A DNA stretch of 64,000 bases from the sequence record PX393108.1; one strand, given 5' to 3'. The DNA is from a phage. A program made the position numbers and the translations under genes. Position 1 is the stretch's first letter. Every line of letters starts with the position of its first letter. Of the stretch, positions 18,062-27,441 are shown one piece after another. Under the pieces are notes generated by a model. The model did no database searches. It saw only the letters and a program-made list of their open reading frames with translations, and had not been told where the DNA came from.

Positions 18062-18325
18062 TTATTTCATATTATTGAAATATTCTTCTGCGATTTCGTC
18101 GTTATCATGGTAAACTTTAGAAGACAGTTTAACATAACCTTCTGCTGTAAACATGTTAATCACAACCTTTACAGTATACCACTGACCATCTTCATTACCC
18201 ATTACTGCGTAAGTTTCAAACATCGGATGATCAGGACCGATAACTTTAATATCATTCACTGTACGACCGAAATCTTCTGAAACACATTTCATAAAGAAGT
18301 TGAACAGTTCGCCGTAATTATCCAT
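18062..18325 (-). CDS. hypothetical protein (start MDNYGELF)
   Basis: 87 aa from ATG with SD GGAGAATAAA; the longer track ORF would overlap its own promoter. Confidence 0.5.
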   Translation of the reverse strand: MDNYGELFNFFMKCVSEDFGRTVNDIKVIGPDHPMFETYAVMGNEDGQWYTVKVVINMFTAEGYVKLSSKVYHDNDEIAEEYFNNMK

Positions 18326-18368
18326 TTTATTCTCCAAGTTGTTTTCTGTATCAGTAGTTGATATTGAT

Positions 18369-18397
18369 ATAGTACCACGGAAGAACATGGATGTAAA
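18369..18397 (-). promoter_or_regulatory. T4-type early promoter (TTTACA-17-TACTAT)
   Basis: Conserved cassette with ATCAATATCAACTACTGATAC leader. Confidence 0.5.
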
Positions 18398-18564
18398 CAG
18401 TTTTGTGAAAAAAATTTTAAAAAGTTTTAGGGAATTCTAGGGCAGGGAGGGGCAATTAAAGGATAGGATAATATATTATAAAGGGTAGAAACTAAATGAT
18501 GCCTAGAGAGGTCCAGAAAGGCCTAGATACCAAAAAGCCCTATCATTTAGATAGGGATTTAAAA

Positions 18565-19128
18565 TTATTTATCTAGTTTAGTTATTATAGCTTCTGCGGC
18601 AGCTTTTAGCTTAGATGCAGTGTTAATACGATTTTTAATTTCAGTATACGCATCGCCAAGAACATCAAGGCTATCAGAATAAACACTTACACTATTGCGT
18701 TCGCTATTTGAAATAGAACCTTTAGTTTTACGATCAAAATCGGTGTACACGTCTTGAAGATCACGGGCTGCCTTCTTTGCATCATCCAATGCATCAAGAG
18801 CTTTATTCAAAGCATTAACGTATTTTTTAGTGTCGAACATATTCTTAGAAATTTTAACAGGTGCGCGTTCAGGAGTAGCTAATGCAGATTTAGGAACCTG
18901 AGCGCCAGATGCCAATTTCTTAGAAATTTTGAAAAACGCTTTATTGAATTTATTTTCTTGACTCATCGTAAAAGAACTATTATCGATGTTGTACATTTCA
19001 ATAGCTTTAGCTTTCCACTTAAGAAAATCGCCGCGGTCTTTTGGGTCCAAGTGGAAGAATACTTTAGTAAGATCTGCTTCAGATGGTAATTTTGCTGCTT
19101 CGGTTAAAAATTCGGCATAGGTTTTCAT
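18565..19128 (-). CDS. internal-protein-like capsid-targeted protein (CTS MKTYAEFLTE)
   Basis: 187 aa; N-terminal CTS motif. Confidence 0.6.
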   Translation of the reverse strand: MKTYAEFLTEAAKLPSEADLTKVFFHLDPKDRGDFLKWKAKAIEMYNIDNSSFTMSQENKFNKAFFKISKKLASGAQVPKSALATPERAPVKISKNMFDTKKYVNALNKALDALDDAKKAARDLQDVYTDFDRKTKGSISNSERNSVSVYSDSLDVLGDAYTEIKNRINTASKLKAAAEAIITKLDK

Positions 19129-19216
19129 TTAAAATCCTTGAAATAATTTATCGGTTGGTTATTAATTATTTATTACTTTGTTATTATCCGTAACAGCATT
19201 CTCTATGTGATTCAAA

Positions 19217-19248
19217 CTAAAAACCCCAACCTTTCGGTCGGGGCTAAG
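19217..19248 (-). terminator. intrinsic terminator, copy 1 of a 32 nt direct repeat
   Basis: Minus-strand hairpin CCCCGACC-GAAA-GGTTGGGG followed by TTTTT. Confidence 0.6.
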
Positions 19249-19433
19249 AATGTTATTTGATTTGTTTAGCAGACCAAATGCGGTCTTTGATGATTTTTTG
19301 GATGTCTTCAACATACTCTAGGTCATGAGCATGTGGGTTATCTTTGAAACTATAAGCACGAGCTAGTTTTTGGCCTTCAGTTTTGATTACTAAAAGCTCT
19401 TTAAGGATAGCTTCATATTTAGCGATAATTCCT

Positions 19434-19727
19434 TTAACAATATTTTTTTTCTTGTGCAGCTTTAGGATCTGCTTTAGGAGCAGGTTTACCCGAAGCCTTT
19501 GCAAAAGCAGCACCAGTAGCAACTAAACTTTTCCAGGCCATACTAACCGCATTTCCTGTAAATCCTTCTGCTTTCATGTCGCGAGCAAACTGGAATCGTG
19601 ATTCGTCAGAAGCATCTTTATAGGAATATTTACCCGCTGCAATGGCTGCTTTTGCGACAGCTTGAATTTCGGTGCTAGATGCTTCATTTAACACCGCTTC
19701 ATTTAAAAATTGAGCATATGATTTCAT
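19434..19727 (-). CDS. internal-protein-like capsid-targeted protein (CTS MKSYAQFLNE); frame ends just after an A8 tract
   Basis: 97 aa; CTS motif; late promoter upstream; downstream overlapping ORF 19253-19522 continues in another frame. Confidence 0.6.
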   Translation of the reverse strand: MKSYAQFLNEAVLNEASSTEIQAVAKAAIAAGKYSYKDASDESRFQFARDMKAEGFTGNAVSMAWKSLVATGAAFAKASGKPAPKADPKAAQEKKYC

Positions 19728-19766
19728 CTTATTTCCTGTTTTAATTCGTGATTTAATATACTACTA

Positions 19767-19774
19767 TATTTATA
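19767..19774 (-). promoter_or_regulatory. late promoter TATAAATA
   Basis: Exact TATAAATA on minus strand about 40 nt upstream of the IP-like ATG. Confidence 0.5.
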
Positions 19775-19807
19775 CTAAAAAGCCCCAACCTTTCGGTCGG
19801 GGCTAAG
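19774..19807 (-). terminator. intrinsic terminator, copy 2 of the 32 nt direct repeat
   Basis: Same hairpin plus U-run as 19217-19248, one extra G. Confidence 0.6.
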
Positions 19808-19809
19808 CC

Positions 19810-20110
19810 TTGCGGCAACCTTGTCGGGGTTCCACCTGCTAAGGCAAGTGTTTGTACGAAACGCCGGGATTCGAACCCGGTTATTAAGCAGTTGACGCTA
19901 CTTAATATTTTTAAAAGGCCATATCTCGACCATATCCGAACGTTCCGTCAAAAACGCTACTCGGCTTACGGCAAAGATATTTCCTCGAATCGATAATTCG
20001 GTGCGCCGTTTCTGCTGTGATGTAAGAGGGCATCAACAAATCATAAAGATTTATTAACACAATTCCTTACTCAGGGAACATCAGTCCGACGACTTACCGG
20101 TAGCGACCCG
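19810..20110 (-). ncRNA. putative structured small RNA region (tRNA-like T-arm, no cloverleaf)
   Basis: No ORF of 60 codons or more; perfect T-arm-like CCGGGTTCGAATCCCGG on minus strand; in T4 the small stable RNAs C and D map near the tRNA cluster as I recall. Confidence 0.3.
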
Positions 20111-20115
20111 GTTTC

Positions 20116-20466
20116 TTAATATTCTTTTAAAGCATCAATCTGTTCACGACGTTTACGCCATAAATCAATTGCTTCATACGCAGATTCAGCATTTCGAATT
20201 GGACGGCATTTATATAAAGACTTGTGATTTTGATATTGCGTAGATAACGAAATTTTATCTAAAAGGTCTTTACGTTCAAAGTATTCGTAACCATCTAAGC
20301 CAAATGAACGATTTTTGAGAAATTGCCAATGACCATATTCGTTTTCGACATAAACATAATCCGCGTGTTGATAAAGCAAATTAATTACACGTTCAGAAAT
20401 AACAGTGTCATTGTGATTAAAATAAAATGTTAAATCATGAACTACTAAATAAACATTACCTTTCAT
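20116..20466 (-). CDS. hypothetical protein
   Basis: 116 aa ORF between the ncRNA region and tRNA-Arg. Confidence 0.5.
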   Translation of the reverse strand: MKGNVYLVVHDLTFYFNHNDTVISERVINLLYQHADYVYVENEYGHWQFLKNRSFGLDGYEYFERKDLLDKISLSTQYQNHKSLYKCRPIRNAESAYEAIDLWRKRREQIDALKEY

Positions 20467-20472
20467 ATTTTC

Positions 20473-20548
20473 CTCACTTATAATTGGTCGAGGCAGTAGG
20501 GATCGAACCTACGACCTAGGACTTAGAAGGTCCTTGCTCTTCCTTCTG
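20473..20548 (-). tRNA. tRNA-Arg (anticodon UCU)
   Basis: Cloverleaf folded by hand: anticodon loop CTTCTAA, T-arm GTAGG-TTCGATC-CCTAC, CCA encoded. Confidence 0.85.
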
Positions 20549-20552
20549 AGCT

Positions 20553-20628
20553 ATGCCCCGTAATTGGGGTGACCGATGGGAGTCGAACCCATGACTACGA
20601 GAATCACAATCTCGAGTTCTACCAACTG
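20553..20628 (-). tRNA. tRNA-His (anticodon GUG), discriminator C73, no encoded G-1
   Basis: Anticodon stem-loop CGAGATTGTGATTCTCG; 3' end CCACCCCA like E. coli tRNA-His. Confidence 0.8.
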
Positions 20629-20753
20629 AACTACGGCCACATTAATACCTACTCCAACAATCAAGATGTCTTCACACGAAATTAAGAGAAGAGTGATCAG
20701 TTCAACCCTATAATCGCGTCAAGTAGATATTAATGTGACAGTTGTCACAAATT

Positions 20754-20828
20754 TGGCGGACGTGATAGGATTCGAACCTATAACCAATCGCTTAACAGGC
20801 GATCGCTCTGCCATTGAGCTACACATCC
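20754..20828 (-). tRNA. tRNA-Asn (anticodon GUU)
   Basis: Anticodon loop CTGTTAA; T-arm ATAGG-TTCGAAT-CCTAT; CCA encoded. Confidence 0.8.
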
Positions 20829-20832
20829 AAAT

Positions 20833-20919
20833 TGGTGGGGAGTGATGGAGTCGAACCACCCGAGTCGCAATGACAATGGATTTACAGTCCACACCGCTAC
20901 CTCTACGGGATAACTCCCC
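20833..20919 (-). tRNA. tRNA-Tyr (anticodon GUA), long variable arm
   Basis: 87 nt; anticodon loop CTGTAAA; discriminator A; CCA encoded. Confidence 0.8.
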
Positions 20920-20932
20920 TTAATTCTTAATT

Positions 20933-21007
20933 TGGTGGCCCTGGGTGGAATTGAACCACCATCTGGCGATTATGAGTCGCTTGCTTGAACCTTCCAGCTA
21001 CAGGGCC
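20933..21007 (-). tRNA. tRNA-Ile (anticodon CAU, Ile2/lysidine type; Met not excluded)
   Basis: Anticodon arm GCGACTCATAATCGC identical to E. coli tRNA-Ile2 as recalled; CCA encoded. Confidence 0.75.
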
Positions 21008-21008
21008 T

Positions 21009-21085
21009 TGGTGCTGATTGACGGAATCGAACCGCCGACCTTCTCATTACAAGTGAGTTGCTCTACCTACTGAGCTAAATCAGCA
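21009..21085 (-). tRNA. tRNA-Thr (anticodon UGU)
   Basis: Anticodon loop CTTGTAA; perfect 7 bp acceptor stem; 1 nt from Ile tRNA. Confidence 0.85.
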
Positions 21086-21089
21086 AAAC

Positions 21090-21179
21090 TGGCGGAGGCG
21101 ATAGGATTTGAACCTATGAGTCGCCGGAGCGACTGCCGGTTTTCAAGACCGGTGCATTAAACCACTCTGCCACGCCTCC
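21090..21179 (-). tRNA. tRNA-Ser (anticodon UGA), type II
   Basis: 90 nt; anticodon loop TCTTGAAAA region; long variable arm. Confidence 0.85.
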
Positions 21180-21181
21180 AG

Positions 21182-21255
21182 TCTCCATACAAGGATTTGA
21201 ACCTTGGACCTCCTGATCCCAAATCAGGCGCTCTACCAAACTGAGCTACACGGAG
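21182..21255 (-). tRNA. tRNA-Pro (anticodon UGG), CCA not encoded
   Basis: Anticodon loop TTTGGGA; 3' end lacks CCA; 2 nt from tRNA-Ser. Confidence 0.8.
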
Positions 21256-21265
21256 TAAATTAAAT

Positions 21266-21339
<74 letters not shown>

Positions 21340-21344
21340 AAATT

Positions 21345-21431
21345 TGGTGCGAGAAGTGGGACTCGAACCCACAAGGAAATCATTCCGCAGCATTTTAAGT
21401 GCTGTGCCTTTACCAATTTGACCATTCTCGC
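21345..21431 (-). tRNA. tRNA-Leu (anticodon UAA), type II
   Basis: 87 nt; anticodon loop CTTAAAA; long variable arm. Confidence 0.85.
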
Positions 21432-21432
21432 G

Positions 21433-21505
21433 CTGGGAATAAAGGACTCGAACCTTTGCATCCTGGAATCAAAATCCAGTGCCTTACCAACTTGGCTAAT
21501 TCCCA
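21433..21505 (-). tRNA. tRNA-Gln (anticodon UUG), starts with U1, CCA not fully encoded
   Basis: Anticodon loop TTTTGAT; abuts tRNA-Leu as a dimeric precursor. Confidence 0.85.
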
Positions 21506-21591
21506 ATTATTAACAAAGGCTCTCAGGAAAGAACCCTTGATGATAGAGGGTATTAATCAATGCGATATGAGTTAATAATAACAAATAATTC

Positions 21592-22116
21592 TTAAAGCAA
21601 ATTAAACATTTTAACGGTCGGCAAAACAATTTCTTCTTCTATATAAGAGTATTTAACACTCTCAACTACACGCAAAAAATCATAATCATAATACTCAGAA
21701 GCATTACCTAAAATATTAATAAGTCCTTCAAGCACTTTATTACCATTCACAAAGAATAAGTCAAATACACGTTCTTCATCTTCTTCAGATTTATTACCAA
21801 GGTCAACTTCTATATCAAAGACCTTTTTAATGAATTCTGGATAAAGTTGGTCTGAGAACAGTCCTTCAACCAAGTATTCATAGATAAAAAGCGATTGCTC
21901 ACTGAACGAAGCATTACCACAATAGTGCTCAATTTTAGTACTAGAATGTCGGCTTTTAAACTTCTTTAAAAGATATTGGAATTGTAAGATTTCATGCTCT
22001 TCTACGCCAAACAGTGTTTTGGTTTTATAGTTGTCACCATCATTTTCCCAGGTAGTGACATCAATTACGTAACCCTGCGGAATTGTAGTACCCAAACAAA
22101 TATTCATTTTCATCAC
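21592..22116 (-). CDS. hypothetical protein
   Basis: 174 aa ORF. Confidence 0.5.
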   Translation of the reverse strand: MMKMNICLGTTIPQGYVIDVTTWENDGDNYKTKTLFGVEEHEILQFQYLLKKFKSRHSSTKIEHYCGNASFSEQSLFIYEYLVEGLFSDQLYPEFIKKVFDIEVDLGNKSEEDEERVFDLFFVNGNKVLEGLINILGNASEYYDYDFLRVVESVKYSYIEEEIVLPTVKMFNLL

Positions 22117-22400
22117 GCTGCATTAATGTAAGTATATTTAATACATTCAAGATCTAAAGGATTCTTGAAAATATCATATTCAAGAGGACCTTTTTCCGTT
22201 TCAATAAAGAAATCAAAGTTAACTGTGTTAAATTTACGGTCTTCCTTCACTAATTTAACTTGAGAAGATGAACGGTCAATGTAAACCTTTTCAACTTCAA
22301 AATATGTTAAAATGCCATAATCATTAATCAAGGCTTTAGCCGCGTCTTGATCATATTTATATCCATTTTCAATGGACGATACTTTCGCATAAAGAATCAT
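22113..22400 (-). CDS. hypothetical protein
   Basis: 95 aa ORF, ATGA overlap. Confidence 0.5.
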   Translation of the reverse strand: MILYAKVSSIENGYKYDQDAAKALINDYGILTYFEVEKVYIDRSSSQVKLVKEDRKFNTVNFDFFIETEKGPLEYDIFKNPLDLECIKYTYINAA

Positions 22401-22402
22401 TA

Positions 22403-22807
22403 TTAACCTTTATCAACAATAGTATGAGTATGGGCATTTACAATTTGCCACCAGTCGAAACTATCGCCAAATCGTTTTGATTTATTGTCTTCAATAATTT
22501 GGCGTAATTCATCTTCTGTTTCAGCATACGCAATCAAATCATCATATCCACCGCAAGGATAGTAATTATCGCCTGCGAACAAAAGAAAATTTACTTTAGA
22601 TGGGTCTACATAATAATGCTCTTTAGGATATTTAGTTCCTTTCCAATCAGTTACTTCAACATAACGGTAAGAAAATCCATTTTTACTTTCAACCCAACTC
22701 CACGCTTCAAAAGGAGTATTAAAAACTTTATCAGGTATTAAATTACCTTCAAAATGAGAAGGATTTGCATAATCCCCAGCATAAACATAGTATTCGTTAA
22801 TACTCAT
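22403..22807 (-). CDS. hypothetical protein
   Basis: 134 aa ORF. Confidence 0.5.
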   Translation of the reverse strand: MSINEYYVYAGDYANPSHFEGNLIPDKVFNTPFEAWSWVESKNGFSYRYVEVTDWKGTKYPKEHYYVDPSKVNFLLFAGDNYYPCGGYDDLIAYAETEDELRQIIEDNKSKRFGDSFDWWQIVNAHTHTIVDKG

Positions 22808-22993
22808 CTATTCACCTTTAGAAATTTTATCCATAACAATAGCGATTAAACCAATTAAAAATGCTACTACAAGTGAAAACACATTTTCTGCTGTAGTTAA
22901 TAATCCACATATAAATCCAACAAACATTGAAAAACTAAAAGCAGAAGCAGAAATTGCAATAGCAACATTTCGAATTAATTCACAACGTTTCAT
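22808..22993 (-). CDS. small single-pass membrane protein
   Basis: 61 aa, almost entirely hydrophobic; preceded by early promoter. Confidence 0.5.
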   Translation of the reverse strand: MKRCELIRNVAIAISASAFSFSMFVGFICGLLTTAENVFSLVVAFLIGLIAIVMDKISKGE

Positions 22994-23021
22994 TTTATTC
23001 TCCTCGGTAGTTGATAGGGTA

Positions 23022-23050
23022 ATAGTATCACAACTAAAACCCTATGTAAA
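23022..23050 (-). promoter_or_regulatory. T4-type early promoter (TTTACA-17-TACTAT)
   Basis: Conserved cassette; near-identical to the copy at 23387-23415. Confidence 0.5.
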
Positions 23051-23069
23051 CAACTTTGTGAAATATTTA

Positions 23070-23357
23070 TTACAAAAGATTTTTAGCAATAATCTTGAGA
23101 TGTGCCGCAGAAATGTGTTTAGCTTTAAACAACGCAGTTTCTTCAGCAGGAGAGATAATGATTGTAGCACCATCCTTTTTAGCAGACCACCCATCACCTA
23201 GGTAAACAGTACCTTTGATTTCTTCGCCATCAACCAAACTAATCATTGGTTTACCTTCTCGTCCTTTATTTGCTTTAATAACTTCAGAAGTAAGAGTAGC
23301 TTCAGTAATAGTAGAAACCGGGGTAGTTTTTGTAGTAAACTCTTTGAAAGTTTTCAT
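23070..23357 (-). CDS. internal protein I-like capsid-targeted protein (CTS MKTFKEF...ITE)
   Basis: 95 aa; CTS-like N-terminus; position upstream of 57B corresponds to ipI in T4. Confidence 0.6.
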   Translation of the reverse strand: MKTFKEFTTKTTPVSTITEATLTSEVIKANKGREGKPMISLVDGEEIKGTVYLGDGWSAKKDGATIIISPAEETALFKAKHISAAHLKIIAKNLL

Positions 23358-23386
23358 TTTATTTTCCTAATTAATTTTGATGAGAT

Positions 23387-23415
23387 AATAGTATCACTAC
23401 CTCATCAACGTGTAA
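23387..23415 (-). promoter_or_regulatory. T4-type early promoter (TTTACA-17-TACTAT)
   Basis: Conserved cassette. Confidence 0.5.
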
Positions 23416-23429
23416 ACAACTTTGTGAAA

Positions 23430-24126
<697 letters not shown>

Positions 24127-24127
<1 letters not shown>

Positions 24128-24840
24128 TATAGTACCTTTAGTGTATTTTTAATTTTAGAAAAAAGTTCTTCAAGAGAACCATCGTTTGTAATTACTAAAT
24201 CGCCATCACGAATTGGCAATCCAGCTTCTGTAATATGAGTATCATTGGATTTTTGACCAGGACGAACTACATGAATTACTGTAGCACCCATCGCCCTAGC
24301 CGCATCCATTTCATGATCTTGACGAGTATCAGGAACGATATAATAATCATAACCTGAGTTAAATTTATCAAGATAATCTAAAGCAAATAATTTTACCCAA
24401 TACATGCGGTCGAAGTTATTAACAATCAAATCCGTACCTAGGGCTTGCATCAGACGACGGACTGACCATTGATCTTCAATATTATTTATAACGTCAGCAA
24501 TCTTGTTAAATGCTACGAAATTAACTGCGTCATCAAAAATAAACACACCTTTAATTGGGCTTTTACTATTAAGATAGCAAAATGCTTGTTCCATAATCGT
24601 AATTACTTCTAATTTAGTCAGATTTAAATTAGTTTCACGATCATAGTCAATTCCTTCAAACTCTTTACGAGTTAAACAAGGATAGCCAGTGTTTGCTGCA
24701 AATACACCCCATGCATAAGCCAATGCATCCTTAATAGGACCAGCAAGTTGATATTTAACTGCAGAATAATTTTCCATGATAAAATCCGCAGTAGTATCTT
24801 TTCCGCTACGCTTTACACCACTTAAAAAGATTAGTTTCAT
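24127..24840 (-). CDS. 1: deoxynucleoside monophosphate kinase (gene 1)
   Basis: 237 aa; P-loop GVKRSGKDT; position as in T4. Confidence 0.9.
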
Positions 24841-24889
24841 ATGTTTCTCCTCAAATTTAGTTAAGATTATAACACATGAAACTGAAGCA

Positions 24890-25420
24890 TTAAACTTCTG
24901 CTATAATTTTGCCATCTTTTTCTACTTGAAAATACGTATAAGGAATCGTTGCTGTGCATACTAAGGCTGGGTCTGAATCTTCTGTGTAGCTAAATTCTAC
25001 TTCAGACAGGTCAGAAACCCAAGGCTTATAAAAATTTATTGACATCACGATTTCAGTTTTACTATTATCTAAAATGTAAAGCGTAATGTATTCAGGACCT
25101 GTTTTTTGGGCAGTATTTTCGCCTGTAAGATAGTTACTAGTTCCTAGCATCCATTCATACATTCCTATCCATGACTTAAGCTCTTCATCAACTATAAATC
25201 TCACGATGAGTGGGTCGTACTCAAATGTAACACCTGGACGTTGTGCTCGGCCTAGTCCAAACGGCCCAGTCACGGTATCAGTAACAGGTATCCTAATTCC
25301 CGGAATAGGAACTGACTGAGCATTTAAAGTAAAAGCAGATGTAGTATTACTATGCGGTATTGATACTACAAAGTTAGTTGTATTTGCTTGGTTAAAAATT
25401 TGTTGCAATGCTTGCGACAT
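24890..25420 (-). CDS. 3: gp3 tail tube terminator / sheath stabiliser
   Basis: ORF 24890-25501; start at MSQALQQ gives the 176 aa T4 size. Confidence 0.8.
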   Translation of the reverse strand: MSQALQQIFNQANTTNFVVSIPHSNTTSAFTLNAQSVPIPGIRIPVTDTVTGPFGLGRAQRPGVTFEYDPLIVRFIVDEELKSWIGMYEWMLGTSNYLTGENTAQKTGPEYITLYILDNSKTEIVMSINFYKPWVSDLSEVEFSYTEDSDPALVCTATIPYTYFQVEKDGKIIAEV

Positions 25421-25526
25421 ATATTCCTCATAATGCTTCATAAATGTTGGTGGTATAATGGGTCTAAGTCCCTTCCATTCAATTCCAATTAGAACAAACA
25501 ATAGAAAAGAATGGAAGATAATAGAA

Positions 25527-26351
25527 TTAGATATTTGACCAGACTTTGTTTGCAGAGAAACGTTTTCCTTTTGAAACGAACTGCTGAAGTGGCATTAACA
25601 CAACGTTCGCCCAGTCTTTCGGGGCGATTTCAACAAGGCTACCCATAATATTACCGGGTATATATGCCTTAATCATTTGGTCTGCACCCCTAAATCCTTT
25701 CACTTGACTCCAATCAATTTTTAATTTCGTTTTATTAGTAATAGTAGGTGTATTCGAATATTGCTTTAAAAGCTCTTCTAGAAATTGCTGACGAGCTTTA
25801 GGTGGAATATAGTGCAAGTTCAATCCGTACATTAAATTATGTTTACCTAAACCGAGGTAAATTATCAAAGGAAATTTATCCCAGTAAGGAAGAGTTTCTT
25901 TGTGTTTAGCATCGTAAGCAAAAGCATATATTCGTCCCGGCTGCGGGCGAACAACTTTATGTCCTTTTACTTGCTTAATAGTTTCAGCAAACCACTTTCT
26001 GGTTTTATTATTAATTGCTGCACCTTCATTACGAATTTTATCACGCAATGTTTGCCTGAATGAATTTATCATAAGCAGTTGTCTTTCTTGCTTATTGAGT
26101 TTATTCATTGGTTTTGATTCAAGCTTTTGAATCTTTTCAGCCGTTTTAATTCCTGAAGCATATTTTGACATTGCCGAAGTAAACGTAGAGTATTTGATTC
26201 CTCTTTCTTCAGCAAATTGCTTTCCTGTCATTCCTTTTGCTTTGGCCTTTCTGTATTCAAGACCTATTTGAATCCATTTCTTTTCGTTTAATGATTGCTT
26301 AACCTTTGGAACTTGGGGAGTGCTTTCATTAATTATTTGAAAAATAGCCAT
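25527..26351 (-). CDS. 2: gp2 DNA end-protector protein
   Basis: 274 aa, T4 size and position. Confidence 0.85.
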   Translation of the reverse strand: MAIFQIINESTPQVPKVKQSLNEKKWIQIGLEYRKAKAKGMTGKQFAEERGIKYSTFTSAMSKYASGIKTAEKIQKLESKPMNKLNKQERQLLMINSFRQTLRDKIRNEGAAINNKTRKWFAETIKQVKGHKVVRPQPGRIYAFAYDAKHKETLPYWDKFPLIIYLGLGKHNLMYGLNLHYIPPKARQQFLEELLKQYSNTPTITNKTKLKIDWSQVKGFRGADQMIKAYIPGNIMGSLVEIAPKDWANVVLMPLQQFVSKGKRFSANKVWSNI

Positions 26352-26803
26352 TATGCCCCCTTAAAGCCAAGAGCTCTTAATCCATCTTCTGTTAGAATTC
26401 TAAATTTTATTCCACGCTTTTCAGCTAAAGCTTGCGCTGCTTTCCATTTGTCAGTATTAACGGAATATGTATAAATTTCATTCATAAATCTTTTCTTCGC
26501 TGCAGTTGTTAGATGTGCTGGTTTAACTGGTGGTTGTGTTTCTTTTTTAGGTTTTATTTCAATAAAAAATTCTTGTCCAGAAGAATCTTTCATCCAAATA
26601 TCCATGAAGTATCTACGTTTTTTCCCTTCTGCATTACAAAAATAAGGAATTACTGCTGTTTCACTACCCCATGCAATAATTTCTGGATTTTTATCTAACC
26701 ATTCAAAAAAGAATTTTTCCCAATTTGATCTATACGTAATTTTTTTAGGGTCACCTCTATATTTTGATATATTTTTAGGAACCCATTTTCCAGAATATGC
26801 CAT
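26351..26803 (-). CDS. 4: gp4 head completion protein
   Basis: 150 aa, T4 size and position. Confidence 0.85.
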   Translation of the reverse strand: MAYSGKWVPKNISKYRGDPKKITYRSNWEKFFFEWLDKNPEIIAWGSETAVIPYFCNAEGKKRRYFMDIWMKDSSGQEFFIEIKPKKETQPPVKPAHLTTAAKKRFMNEIYTYSVNTDKWKAAQALAEKRGIKFRILTEDGLRALGFKGA

Positions 26804-26814
26804 TGGATTCTCCT

Positions 26815-26822
26815 TATAAATA
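26815..26822 (+). promoter_or_regulatory. late promoter TATAAATA for gene 53
   Basis: Exact TATAAATA 29 nt upstream of the gene 53 ATG. Confidence 0.55.
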
Positions 26823-26829
26823 GATAATA

Positions 26830-26837
26830 TATTTATA
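26830..26837 (-). promoter_or_regulatory. late promoter TATAAATA for gene 4 (divergent)
   Basis: Exact TATAAATA on minus strand. Confidence 0.5.
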
Positions 26838-26850
26838 AACAGGAGGGCCC

Positions 26851-27441
26851 ATGCTCTTTACATTTTTTGATCCGATTGAATATGCGGCCAAAACGGTGAA
26901 TAAAAACGCGCCGACTATTCCTATGACAGATATTTTTAGAAACTATAAAGACTATTTCAAACGTGCTCTTGCGGGATACCGTTTACGCACTTATTATATC
27001 AAAGGTTCACCACGCCCGGAAGAATTAGCAAATGCTATATATGGAAATCCGCAGTTGTATTGGGTTTTATTGATGTGTAATGATAATTATGATCCGTATT
27101 ATGGATGGATTACTTCGCAAGAAGCTGCTTATCAAGCATCTATACAAAAATACAAAAATGTAGGTGGAGACCAAATAGTATATCATGTGAATGAGAACGG
27201 TGAAAAATTTTATAATTTAATATCATACGATGATAATCCATATGTTTGGTATGACAAAGGCGATAAAGCTAGAAAATATCCTCAATATGAAGGAGCACTT
27301 GCTGCGGTCGATACGTATGAAGCTGCTGTTCTTGAAAATGAAAAACTTCGTCAAATAAAAATAATAGCAAAATCAGACATCAATTCATTTATGAACGACC
27401 TTATACGTATAATGGAGAAATCTTATGGAAATGATAAGTAA
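26851..27441 (+). CDS. 53: gp53 baseplate wedge protein
   Basis: 196 aa, T4 size and position. Confidence 0.9.
   Translation: MLFTFFDPIEYAAKTVNKNAPTIPMTDIFRNYKDYFKRALAGYRLRTYYIKGSPRPEELANAIYGNPQLYWVLLMCNDNYDPYYGWITSQEAAYQASIQKYKNVGGDQIVYHVNENGEKFYNLISYDDNPYVWYDKGDKARKYPQYEGALAAVDTYEAAVLENEKLRQIKIIAKSDINSFMNDLIRIMEKSYGNDK

Noticed and set aside
19253-19522. Track ORF 19253-19522 as an independent gene
   Set aside because: Its N-terminal 25 codons are an out-of-frame read of the upstream internal-protein-like gene and it has no start context of its own; better explained as the downstream part of a frameshifted gene (see the A8 finding).
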